A DNA stretch of 58,415 bases, the filler included, from Sphacelaria rigidula (taxonomy: Eukaryota), in the NCBI GenBank assembly GCA_964200075.2. It is 5 parts of 5 records of this genome, joined end to end, with 100 filler letters (N's around TTAATTAATTAA, not from the genome) between each part and the next. Parts side by side here need not be neighbours in the genome. Positions count along the whole stretch, not along the records: positions 35,112 to 46,713 come from CAXNAA020004723.1; positions 46,814 to 58,415 come from CAXNAA020004724.1; 3 more parts are not named here. One strand, 5' to 3'. Under the pieces are notes generated by a model, which saw only the letters and a program-made list of their open reading frames with translations, ran no database searches and was not told where the DNA came from. This document shows, piece after piece, positions 37,826 to 50,300 of the stretch. Position numbers and translations under genes: made by a program. Position 1 is the stretch's first letter. Each line of letters opens with the position of its first letter.

Positions 37826-39611
37826 TCAACACGCAACTCCCTGAGGCCACATCTGGTAATACCTGTAGTAGAAGGTGGAAATATCCACGGAAAAGTGTGT
37901 ATCAAAAGCTATTGATCGACGCCAATCAGCTCCTGCTGTGGCCAGCAATGCACATCTTGGTAGCTGCGATTTAGATAGTATTTTGACGAGCGATAGACAT
38001 TGGTGGTCGCGATTCAGATCCCATCATGCCCAGCAATAAACATTGGTAGCGCAATTCGCATCCTATCGTGACCAGAGATTTGTGCTAGTGGCGGCAATTC
38101 GAGCCTGTTGCAACAAATTGCATATCGAAGGACGACTTGGACGCTCCATTGTTCCGGTACAGTCCTGCGCCGAAATAAAAAACGACGAAAAGCACCAAAA
38201 TGCCCGCCCCATACTTGTCACTGCCCGCACTTGACCCACTCCAAAAATCCTTGTGGTTTTGAACGGGAATTTTGCGTGTGCGTGTGCATTTCTCGACCGT
38301 GGGTAAAGCCACGGACATGTACTGTACCCACATCAAACTTGATGCACTATTCGGGCACAACACAGGCAGTACGTGCACCGGAGAACAGCTCATTTTGGCA
38401 AATGAGCGACTTGTACTGAGCGAACATCGATATACCGAGGGTTCTCGGTATGTCTTCGTTGGGGTTGGGGTTAGGGTTAGGGTTAGGGTCATTCGAAATG
38501 CATCAGCACCTGCACAAACCATAAATCTCCGAGAAATATCTGTCAACTACCGAGTGGTGAAGTGACCTCTTCTCGAAGCCGTGGTCACAGACGTTGGGTC
38601 GTCCTTCCACTACCGGCCCGGCTATTCCTTACAAGACATGGAGCTATCATCATATTTCTGAGACCCTTGGACTAAAAACGGAACATGACAGATTCAAGTA
38701 GACGCCGTCTATTGTCAAGGGTTCGGGGGTTTGTAGCTTCCCCTCGTCGAAGGCTCTCTTAGAGTTTTGCTCTACGTGCATCCTATTTGCAGAGTGCCAA
38801 GCCGATGACTCTGTCTATGCCGGTTTTGACGAGCGTCTAGTGCTTGTACGGCTGTTGCTAATCCACATGGAACACTCCTGTACGTACATGGTACAAATTG
38901 AAATTTCAGTGTACCGCCTTCGGGTATACGTCTCAAGCTATGGTTTGCGGAGCCTAGCGCTAGCGTGACGACCTTGTTATCCCATGCTGCCAATATGGAT
39001 TGAATGCGGTGATTCACTTTTCGAGGAACTCTCTTGACGTCCGACGGACGCGCACAGAGATAGATCTGTTGACATAGCCGCGATTGTAACGGCAGACTTC
39101 TCCGAGTTCAATATGCGATTTGGGATTTTTCAATGACATCTCAACCCATAGATGAGGACCAACTCGAGGATAAGGACGGTGGGATGTACTCATGTTTTTA
39201 TCGATGATACCTGTGTTACACAAAGCATTGCCCTTCTCCCAGGGATGTGTCGAGGACAAACGTGCTTGGGTGACGAGTTGAAAGTAGTGCAATGCAGTAC
39301 AGTACAGGGGCTGAAAGACTGCTTTCAGCTGTTCGATAGCGGAAGAGGCGTCCGCTGCGGAAAATCTGGCAGCGTTTTCCGGTTTTAGCACCCCCTGTGT
39401 TGACACGTTCTGAATTTTTCACCCTATTGCAAGGCTGAGCTGGCGACGATCAAGCTGTTGGGATATTGGTAAGAAAAGTCTTGTAATGTGTATCGCGCGG
39501 AGTCCCATGTCATGCCATGGGGCTATTTTTTGCGCCAGTCGGCTCGTATTCGATATTTGCTGACATTTGCTGATGAGCTTGAACGCCCTTCCTTCGCTTT
39601 TTGGTCCTCAG

Positions 39612-42600
39612 GAATACCTCGTGGTGAAAGTGTTCAACCGAGAACTGGGACTGTTCCTGACGTTGCTGCAGTTTTTCGGGTACGCTACCTACGCATGCCT
39701 GCGGCGGTGTCTCCATAAGGAGAAGGAAAGGAAGATTCCGCTCTCGTACTACTTCTTCCTGGGCTTGCTGCAGGTACAGTACACCATGCTAGTAGTTTGA
39801 CAATCGGCATCACATGTCGACCATGGACTTTTCATCTATCATGAATTCCCTTTTAAAAGAATTGACCAATAGGAAAACTGCGGGCATCTTTGTGAGCTCG
39901 GCTGTCATTCATTGGCTGTATTCGTAATTTGTGGGGTTGTGTCTTCTGTTGGGTACGATTTTTCTCGTATATCTGGGGTATTTTACCCGAGCATTACCCG
40001 TATCCGACAGTTATGTGAGCCTCCCATACCCATACAGGGAGCGCAGATGTGCCCTTATGAAGAAGCACTGTGGGGGTACCAGTTTCTGTACATAATCCAT
40101 ACCCTACCTGACAGGTCCTGTGGGTTCCTTGAGGACTTTCATGCCGGTGCCCGATAGTTCTGTAAGTTCTGTAGAGAATCTCATGCCGCCGAGTGTACTT
40201 GTACCCTACGGAATACAACCTCAATCATTTATGTGGCTTGCTGCTGCTTGTTAATGTACCACGCCTCCACGCCTCCGGGCTTACTTGTCTACCGTCCGTT
40301 TACCGTCCGTTTGGGGTCCCCTTCTTGAGCTCACACACGCGAAACAATACGATCGGGCTTTGACAGCATCTCTCGGAAATACTTGGAACTATGACCTCGG
40401 GGTACTTCTCTTTTGCTGTTGCGTTTTTGTTTTGTCAAGATGATCACGCCGTTATGCCAGCGGTTCAAAATGCCGCGTGTTTCTCGTCCCTCGCAGTGTA
40501 TCTCACTTGTTGGTGTACACTAGTGTCGTTTTTCTTCGCATGCGTTCGTGTGACCTGTTGCTCATCGTTGTGATTGTCGTTGACTTTTTGCAGGCGTGCA
40601 TGCAGGGTTTGACGAACGTGTCGATGATGTTCCTGCACTATCCAGCGAAGGTGCTGTTCAAGTCGTCCAGAATGGTGCCAATTATGTGCTTTGGCGTGCT
40701 GTGGCAGGTGTGGATGGATGTCTTGTGCTCGACTTTTGTGTTGGAGAATGGCGATAGATTAATCGATTTTCTCACATGTATATTGATCATCCAGGGGTGT
40801 ATGTTAAATGTAGCCTTGGATGCAGGAAACAAGACCAACAACACCCGCTACGGGAAACTAGAGAAAGGGAGAAGACGAAGAAGAGAACATTTATAAGCAA
40901 ACGGAGTGAGCTAGAACAAAAGAGAGTCTAACAAAACTGGAAGACAAAATCATATCATAAAACGGGAAAGGAAAGGAAAGGAAAGGAAAGGAAAGTGGGG
41001 TAAGATCACGAATAACCGGTGCCGATAGAAAAAAAGTCGCAACGACGACGGAATAAAACATGACGTCACACACTAGGAAACGAAACAGTGATGCTTACGC
41101 ACATGCGAAACGAGGGGAAAGCGAAGTCGCCCCGCTGTGCTGACCTGCGCCGTGGTGTCCACCAACCGCTCGGTCGTGCAGGGGCGCAAGTACGCGTGGA
41201 CGGACTACGTGGTGGTGTTTTTGATCGTGACAGGCTTGATTACCTTCATGAACGCCGACACCAGAGCACAGGATTCCTACGCGGGAGACTCGACGAGCTT
41301 GATCGGGGTGGCGCTCATCTCGATGGCCTTGGTTATTGATGCTGCGCTCATTAATATTCAGGTGAGGAAGGACTATGCCTCATCCCCTTGTGTGTTGAGC
41401 GTCGACTGAGGTGGGGAACATATTGATGATTTACGGCGTGTTTATGTGTCCCACCCGCAGATCGAAACCCATATTAGAACGAAGAACTCCGCATGGTGGA
41501 GTGTTGTTCCAATGTGTCGTCTTCGTAGCATACGTGGCCTGTGTCGCCTTGAAGGCCTCGCCCGTGCACCAGAATCATGCACGTGCTGTTGATTCAACCA
41601 CGTATCTTTTGGAGTTGGCGGCGGCTGCTGTGAAAATAGGAGCGCAGGTAGTGTGCAGCTCCGGTTAACGAAGATCGTGTGCTGCATGTGCGGTCGGTAT
41701 ATCTTGCTTTCAGTTGAACGATAACATCATTAGTAACATTCACAGCATGTAACACTGCCGTGAGTGTGTGTGTGTCGATTGGTGTGTGTATTGTGTTGTT
41801 CCGGTGGATGTGATGTGGTGCTTCGTACTCAGCTGGCAAGTGCACCCCGACTCATGTAGTGGAAATTTCCATGTGGGCTCAATCGCGGCGCTGTCCCCCC
41901 TCACCTTCGCTCCCATGTGTGCGTGCGTACCTGCAGCATTCTGTATTTGGCGCTTGCTTTCTTTTTCATGTATTTTTTCTACTTGTTGACGGAGGCAGTA
42001 CCACACACACGCACCCATGTGTTTCGCTCTGTCGTCTTTCAGGAGGAGATAATGAACAAGTACGACAGTTGCCAGGACGAGCTGATCATGTTTTCCTACC
42101 TCAGCGGCACGGTGTTTATTGCCTTGGCATGCCTCTACACCGGAGACCTTACCGAAGGTGCTCGCTTCGTTTACGATCAGGTGAGTGTCTCAGCTCTCAC
42201 GGCAGGTGCTTGTTGGTTGCTATTTTGCTACTCGCCGTGGTTTGGCGATGCCGCTACCAAAGGACGCAGTGTTGAGGACACTCGCATTGCCCTTTACCTA
42301 CACTCATGTTTGTCCATGTCTCTGTCTGATTTTTCAATTGACTCGCGTACTCGTATGCAAGTGGCCGTCCAGGCTGGGTCTGACTGGTACTCGGTAGCAC
42401 AAGGCACGTCCTGGCTTTATGCGTGCATACTCGACCTGGTACTTACTTCCTCACGTCAGTATGGGTCAAGAAACAAAACAGCCCACTCACACCACTCGGA
42501 ACGAACGGACCCGCTCAATTGTTGAATGTTACGAATCACCCCTACAGAAGATCGACCGCCGGAACGACGTGAAGAACAATCGCTTTGGCGTCAGCCATGA

Positions 42601-44672
42601 CTCCATATCCACATCACTTGGAGCGAGAGGGACCACATAGTAGCACTCGCTACAGTACGTCGTTATTTGGAGATATGTCGCCAACAGAGAGGAGGTACAT
42701 ACACTACCCCGCTGTAGCGTCGGGGTTATCAGCATTGAAAGACACCCGGACAAATTGTTCCGAACGGCGGCCACGCACCCGAAGAGTTGGAAACAACCAA
42801 CGCACCATGTATCTCATCAAGTCTTTCTTGTATCTCTGTATTGGCCTCTTTATCATGAGCATCAAGCCTCTCCCTACGCTCCCCTCGAACATACGTACCC
42901 TTGTCGCCGATAGGGTATCGGGTGCATTTTGGCGGTGATGCTCTTTGCGGGAGCCGGGTTTATGGGAGTGAGCTGCGTAGCGGCCCTGACCAAGCGCTTT
43001 GGCGCTCTGGCGTCGGCCATCACCACAACGGCGAGGAAAGCGGGAACGCTGCTTCTCAGCTTCGTACTGTTCCCCAAGCCCGTCTCTCCCCAGCACTACT
43101 TCGGCGCGGGCCTGTTCATCGTGGGGCTTGTGGTGCGTTCCTGGATGTTTTTTCATGACAGATTAAAGTGATGGGGATGGTTATCTGCGTTGTGTCAAGT
43201 CTCGCGACTTTTTGGGCCGCATTTGGCTAACTCCTTGGCCAAGGTTCCCCCGTTGGTTTGCCCTCCGTGTTCCGTTGCAATCTGACCCCCCTCCCCTCCG
43301 TATCTCCACTTCGCTGCGTGTAGTGTACGTACTTCACTTGTTGACCTATCGATTGTCGCTCATCGACTGATTCGGCTAGTTGTATACTATATCCTACACT
43401 AGCTACAACACCTCCAATATCAATCCGGACGTGGTCGCAAGATGAGCGTGGAGTTTTTTATGCAGACTGACTTGACTGCACGTCCACGACCTGCTAGCAG
43501 TTGTTGTCTTGAGTTTGTTTCAACGTGCTTGTTTTTATTTTCAGGGCCTTGAGCGTGCACGCGGTACTTTGCCCTATCATGAGATAACACACCGTAGCTA
43601 TTAACTTTTGACTCATCTGTACTGTCTCGTTCCGGTTGATCACCCTCTTGTGTTGCGTTGGATAGATCAAGTCCACGGGTAAGAGGAGCAAATCGGGCGA
43701 CAAACAGCTGTCTAGCGGTGGCGGGAGCGGTCGCACGGGCAAAGCCGCCCAAGAAAACTCTCCTGCGGCGACACCGATAGCGTATTACGACACGGGACGG
43801 AAACGACTCCTAGCCGTAAAAGAACCGGACCAGTTTGAAGTCAGGTAAGTGAGGGGGGGGCTCGCTTGAGTGAAGAGTGAAGACTTGGCTTGCACGAACA
43901 GATGAAGAGTTGGTTGCCTCATGCGGTTTTTCTCATCACTGTTCTGTGCTGGACTGTACCCTCCCAGCATCTGCGCACGCCGAGTTATTTTCGTCTGTCT
44001 TTTTATTTCATTTTTTGGGAATGTCGTTCAGCAAATTGAGTGTGTGCCATCACCCCGTGTGAACACTTGATCCTTTGTGTCGAGCAAGCGAGACGGTAAG
44101 AAATATCTCGCTGCCCTCCGGGGAGGACAGCGCTCACGCAAAACAATTCCCGCACACGGTCGTGCTCTATCTGCCTGCAGATGTTTGTCTCGATAGACAC
44201 CAGGGTAGACCATTGATTGCTAAACCTCGTTATTCCCTGCGTCTGCTGTCTTTTGTGAATACACACAAACATCACTCCACCTCTTGCTGACGTCAGCAGC
44301 GTCGAGGCACCGCTACTTTCTGATTCTGGCAACGGCGGAGCTAGCAGTAACGCCGACAACAGCGGTACCGGAGGCGCCCCCGATCCTGTTCCAAATAGGA
44401 CCGAAGGCCAGGTCGCGGTACCAGGGAACTCAGGCGGCCACCCAGCTCGGCATCGCGGGAGTACACAGAACGGTCGTAGCCCAAGGATGAACGGCGCGAA
44501 CTTTCCGGGGAACGGTGGAGTAGGTGTGAATGGATATCGGAGGGCCCGACATTCTCCTTCCCTTGACAATACTAGTTTTGCATTGGCGGACGGGTTGGGG
44601 TCCCCCACGAGGCGAAGGTACCATCGCCCAATCGGCTCCCCGCCTGTGACTGGATTGGGTTTTAGATCGTAG
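39612..44672 (+). CDS. SLC35B3: SLC35B3/PAPST2-like nucleotide-sugar/PAPS transporter (UAA family), 5'-incomplete; exons 39612-39773, 40594-40707, 41182-41361, 42043-42180, 42914-43132, 43666-43844, 44297-44672
   Basis: All junctions are canonical and in frame. Family motifs include FLTLLQF, LTNVSMMFLHYPAKVLFKSSRMVPIM, GRKY, DAALINIQEE and FGALASAITTTARKAGTLLLSFVLFPKP. Stop TAG at 44670-44672. Confidence 0.9.
39933..40220. mobile_element. MITE family with GGTTGTGT..CTGT(A/T)GGGTACG TIRs, copy in transporter intron
   Basis: Termini GGTTGTGTCTTCTGTTGGGTACG and GTACCCTACGGAATACAACC; internal motifs are the reverse complement of those at 56083-56662. Confidence 0.7.
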
Positions 44673-44712
44673 TGACGTGACTTGTGATGTCGTGTGTCTG
44701 TATGCGAGTGCG

Positions 44713-44715
<3 letters not shown>

Positions 44716-44761
<46 letters not shown>

Positions 44762-44767
44762 CGCGCG
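44716..44767. repeat. (GT)n(GC)n microsatellite in the putative 3' UTR
   Basis: About 18 GT units followed directly by about 7 GC units. Confidence 0.9.
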
Positions 44768-46713
44768 TTAGTTTCGAGTGCGTTTTCTGGTCTGCACTGT
44801 GTTGATTTTCGATAGCCCTGTGGGTAACAGGTGGTGATGGTGATACGATCCGACTACGCCGCGGTGTACACCTGCAAGAGACAGTCCGGTGTTATTTTGA
44901 CTGCAATCTCCTCCTATTTCCTACTCTTGCTAGCATCTTCGTGTATGTTTTTTCTTTCTTAGTCGCCAATCTGTTTGTGCTCACATGAGGTCGGGCGGCA
45001 GGCACTTCAGCGAAAAAATTCCGTTCTGTGCAGCTGGGAATTTCGGAAACTCGGTGCCCTGTCATCGCACCGCTTGTCGGCATGGTGACTCAGCCCAGCG
45101 TAGGATAGGTGGTCAGTGACCTTGCGCTGCCAACGAGCACACACATTCGGAATTGTGCATAGTTGGGCGTGGATAAGTCAGGCTCAGTGTGGCGTATGAA
45201 TGCATGAGTGGCCCTTTGCAGGCCGCAGAAAATTTGTCCTCAAAATGTAAAGGAAAACACAAAAAGAAGGAAACGAAACGTCAACGAGGAACATGGAGGC
45301 GTGCGAGTGTAGTGGTATGACGAGGCGGGGGTGGGGGGTGGTGACAGAGGAAAGACAACGTCGAAAGCGGTAGAGCGTATTTTTTTACTTGAGATATTAT
45401 TTGCTAGCACTAGCCGGTCGACTTTTTGTTTTGTCCATTATTTTTGTTGAGGTAGGATAGTGGGGGACTGCGAGGTAGGAAATGCGCAAAACTGGACCGT
45501 TCGAAGCGAGGATCGTTCCACGTGCGTTTTCTACCACGGCCAGTTCCGCGGTTTTCTCTTTTTGGTCTCTTCCTGCAACGCCCTTCACTGGGGGTTCTTG
45601 AACTTATTACCGTAGCAGAGTGGGGTCCGTGTGCCGTGTGTTGTGTTTTGTAAAGTGTTTCGTTTCCTGTTGACGAAAATTGCCCGTAAGTACTATAGAG
45701 AAGAGCGTTTGCCTGCATTGTGTGCCGACCCGTACTTGTACGACTGCAGACTAGGTGTATTTTAACGTGGTCTGATTCCGCATTGCGTGTTGCGTGTTGT
45801 GTAATGTGACCACATTGTTGTTTCTCGTCCCTTTCGGGCTTGCACGCGATTTCTGTGCTTGTCAGCTTCAAAGGGGCCGCGTCTACTGCACGAGGAACAA
45901 CTGTATCAACAGCGAAGTGACGGGGGGGGGGGAGGTGAACATGAGCTCATTCACGCGAAAAAAATGTGGTGGAAGGCTCCGTGTAGTATCTCTTCCTAGC
46001 GTGCGGTGCTGCGAGCGCCACTCGGCCATAGAAGATACCATCGAAAACATGACGCGATCGGCTTCCGTAGATCTTCACTGCACTGGTTGGAAACTGGGCG
46101 CGGCAAAAGCGAAAAACCCTTCAACGACGAGGGTAGGCGATCTGCCGAATTGGTATCACTTGCAGCTGAAAAATAAGATGAACGATGCCGATCCAAAAGA
46201 TCGTCCACCCCTGTGGTCAAAGGGTTACCGACTCAAACCCCAAAAGGTCGAAGGCCCACTCAATATCGACAGTGTGATATTTTAGAGATACATCAGGTAA
46301 ACTGATGAAAAAGGCCGGGTTACTCCATGCCGAATGGCGCGTCCTGATACCTAGAACGGCCTGCAATCGATTAGGGCCACTTCGGCCTTATTATTATGTC
46401 GAATGAAGCCTCGCATTTTGTCGCCAGGCTCCTCCTACAAGGCCGAACCGACGTTATGTCGGGTCAACAAGCGGCAAGCGTTGTCCCAGTTGACGTAAAA
46501 TAGAAGGACCACAGCGTCGTATATTGCTTCATTTACGGTGTGGTGTGGTATCTGGGGCTGTCGCAACGCTTGATCGCCGATTTTCAAATTTGAGGATGGA
46601 ACTGTTCATGGAGGACCATAACCCGGAAACGAATCTTCGCACGAGCTGGGCCAACCTAAAAACGGATTTAAGCTCTGAAAGCAATATCTCATCGACACAG
46701 ACGAGTTGGGCCG

Positions 46714-46813
46714 NNNNNNNNNNNNNNNNNNNNNNNNNNNNNNNNNNNNNNNNNNNNTTAATTAATTAANNNNNNNNNNNNNNNNNNNNNNNNNNNNNNN
46801 NNNNNNNNNNNNN
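46714..46813. other. Artificial contig linker
   Basis: N44-TTAATTAATTAA-N44. Confidence 0.98.
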
Positions 46814-46850
<37 letters not shown>

Positions 46851-47304
46851 TAGCATGATATGACTATAGGGTGAATGTTTAGCTTCCATAAATGGCGCAA
46901 TAGGTCCGAGCTGAAGTGACACGTGGGCTAAGTTCATGGCTATGTTGGAGCTTGCCCATGGCCGTTATCCAGCATTGGATGCTCGGTGATTTAACAGGTG
47001 CACGTCATCCAATGCGGCACAATTTTGAGCATACAGATTTTGTACGTTTATGGCGGACGTCTGTTACACCGAAATGTGAAAATATTCAGAATCTGATGCG
47101 AAGTGCTGCAAACTCGCGTTTCTCCAGCACTTGTTCTTTTGTTGTTGCAATGTAAGACATGAAATGACGTGAACAAATGCTGGTACTCAATGCCTGGTGT
47201 GAAACTCTCTGCGCGTATAGAGTTAGAAGCCCAGATCTCGGCAACAATCCCTCGCTCAAACCTTATTCCCAAGCACTGACCGTGCCATGCGTCTGCCCGC
47301 CCAG

Positions 47305-50300
47305 GTATTCGCATTCATTCCCGTGCTGTACTTGGACGAGAAGCGGCGTGATTTCGGTCGTTTCGACTTGGCTTGTTGCTTTGAGGTGGGTACGGGAATT
47401 ATATGTTATCGGCCGTTTTTGAGCACCTCAGCACGTTGGGAATTGTTGTGAACCCGTGCGGGAGAGATCCCGCTGTACTGGTCGTAATGCGCGCAATATA
47501 TTAGCTAGCAGTCGACGAGTGCCCATAGATCCGCGTTAGTTTGAAACTTCGCTGAGGGTAGGTACCTCATACATCTACCGATGAGTTGCGATTCAAATCA
47601 TTCCAGTGCTGCGATCGTTTTACATGGTTTTGTTAGGAGGTAGTAAAGGTATGTTGCTGACGAATGGCAAACCCATGCCCCCCTTCACTACCCGAAAACA
47701 GTCATCTCTACCGCCTGAAGATACTATCGTCGCGGATCGTCCACGGATATGTGCCAGACGCGACTCGTTCGTAGTGGAAAATCTGAATCCTCCGGGGTGT
47801 GGGCAAAAGTCTAGCCCCGGCTGTCTCAGCGGACCTGAAACAAAGCACAATGCGGCGCTCTGGGATGACTGCGGAGATGTGCAGTGGTCGCCAGAACGAA
47901 TCCCAGCGAGATCGGTTCTCCCAAAAGACAGGGCGCGGGAAGATCATACCTCGTCAGCAGCTCCACGGGAAGGAGTGACACCTCCAATGTCTTCGATGGG
48001 GTACGACACACCTTCAGCAGGAGCAAGCCCGCCCGGCATTCGAACCTCCGAATCGCAGACATCAGGCGAATCTCGGACCTGCATGAGTGGTGATGGTGAT
48101 GTTGGCAGGCTTAGGGGATCGTATTGGAGAATATGGAAGGGATGGGTAGCGGGGATAAGGGCAAGCGGAGCTCAGTCTCAATCCCTTATGACGAGAATTT
48201 TTCACGGGAAAACGTCCAGTGATCCTGGTGTTAATGTAACGGTAATGCGGAGTGAGAGATCTGGCGAACCAAGGCAAGGGGCATGGGGAGGCAGGACCGC
48301 TGTGATCAAGCTGCGGCAACACATTGCTCGGCGGACCGGGAGGGGTGGTATAGGCGGTGGGCTTGGAGAGCACTGCTGTGGCACGGGTGCGCTCGTGCAG
48401 CGGTACTGCAACCGGTTGCTGGATGATGGAGAGAGTGCGAAGGTGTCTCATGCTTATACTACAGCATCCTCTGCTAAAATTGAGAGCACCGTGCGACCTT
48501 CGCTGTCGAAACATGCAAACCTGCGCGGCACAATTTTCTGTCTATCTCGAACGCTTCGGACATCAAACTGTTTAGTTTTCCAATACTACAGAGTGATGCT
48601 ACGGTAGCGGTGCACAAATATTTTCAGAGGTTCAAATTGTTAGAAGCCCTTTATCTCGCTCAAATCCAACATGAGAGAACGCCAGTATTTCTATTCCAGT
48701 GGGCTTGGAACATGCCGAATGAATTCACAAACGGGGATGCCCTGACCCATATTCTTGTGCATCTACAATCGGTAGGAGCCCGTGAACCAGACACGTTTTG
48801 ACCGAAAAAGTACACCCCTAGTGGCATTACTCTGCACACTCCATGTGTATATGCACCTTCCAATTGCATCATGTCTCAAGTTCAAACAGCCTCGGTTGCG
48901 TGGTTTTCCTTCTACCATGTACTCTGGCTGTACCGAACGAAGTGGTGGGTGCTGGCGAGCTTTGCGGCTCTGTTGGCGGCAAGCAGCGCGGTGTGCTTCA
49001 CAAGCGTGAGATCTTGGGTCATGCCTGGCCGCCATTTTCGCAGACGACGTTGCCGTTGGATTGCAAAGAGCAGGGGGCAGGGTGGGAAAATACCTTACGA
49101 TTTAATTCCAGTACCGATTCCGGTTACGATGAGCTATTATCGCTGATTGTGCGCGTTTTTTGGTCTGACTGACGTATCGACCAACGCGACGCGTCTTGGC
49201 TGAGCACTTATTCCTTCAAGCGTTATTTTCATAACTCTCCGTGTTGGTTTTCGTCGGTAGTAAAATACCCGTTTCCTCCCACATCTAGAGTAACACGTTT
49301 TTGTCATAATAGTGTTGCGAGTGTCTATGCCATGCCATTGCACTTTGAGCTGCAAGCCAGTGACCGCGCCCTCTGAATATCACCGACACGGCCGTGAGAT
49401 CCTTCAAAGGATTGGTTGAAGTTTCTAATCGTATACGGAATACGACGCATGCACTCGCCTAAACTGCGGATAAAATTTGCCAGCAATTGGTTTTACGTCC
49501 CTTTTGGACCATCGTCGTGATCCAGACATCGCCGGGATACGACGTAAATGCATTTTATGAAGGATCGAGTTACCTTCGTGACTACGTCTCAGCAGCGAGG
49601 GAGCTGGGAGTACTCTTCGGCGAGAGCTCTTTGCCCTCGGCGGTGTACGTGTCAGGGGTGAATTTTTCCGTGTCGGCTACCCAGCAGGTGAAAGGAAACA
49701 CTATTCAATGTCTGTCACAACTGCTGTTGAGATAAACAGTTATCGCTAGACGTGACTCTTACATGAAAAAAGCGTCCAGGTAATGCCGAATCAACGCTAA
49801 GGATTACCTGCCACTTCGCAAGCAGCGTTCTCCGCTCAGGTGCTGTCCAGAGCACCTTCATGCGTACAGTCATCATGGACGAATATAGCTAGTGCGTTAA
49901 TATAGTACATCGTATTCAACAACCATATTTCTTGATGACATCCTTCGTATTTCGTTACTCCGCTCAGACGCTCAAAACAGCCAGTAGACACTCGAGAGTC
50001 AAATTTCTTCACCCTTGAGTTTTTTATTTCAATGCTCGAACACCTAATACAGCGAAGATACTCTGGACGTGCATGTTGCTCCCATGCCGTGTTGCTCCTT
50101 TCACGACTATTTCTTCAACGAAACCGCAGGCTATTTTGGACCTCGAGACGGCGACCATATCCTCCTCCTTACATACAGTCGGCATCACTGCTACCACCAC
50201 TGCCAGCAGTGGAGATGTTGTGACGGCAACAGAAGACGGAACGATGCTATCGTCGACCATCTCGTCAACCACTAGTACAGCGCCGTCTTCCTGGCTGAGA

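Noticed and set aside
39434-39468. Candidate upstream exon of the SLC35B3-like gene (AELATIKLLGY..|gtaaga)
   Set aside because: Its phase does not join the 39612 exon and the expected first-TM exon is not visible between them.
11650-46769. TTAATTAATTAA recurring with about 11.7-kb periodicity
   Set aside because: Synthetic six-frame stop linker between contigs, not biological.
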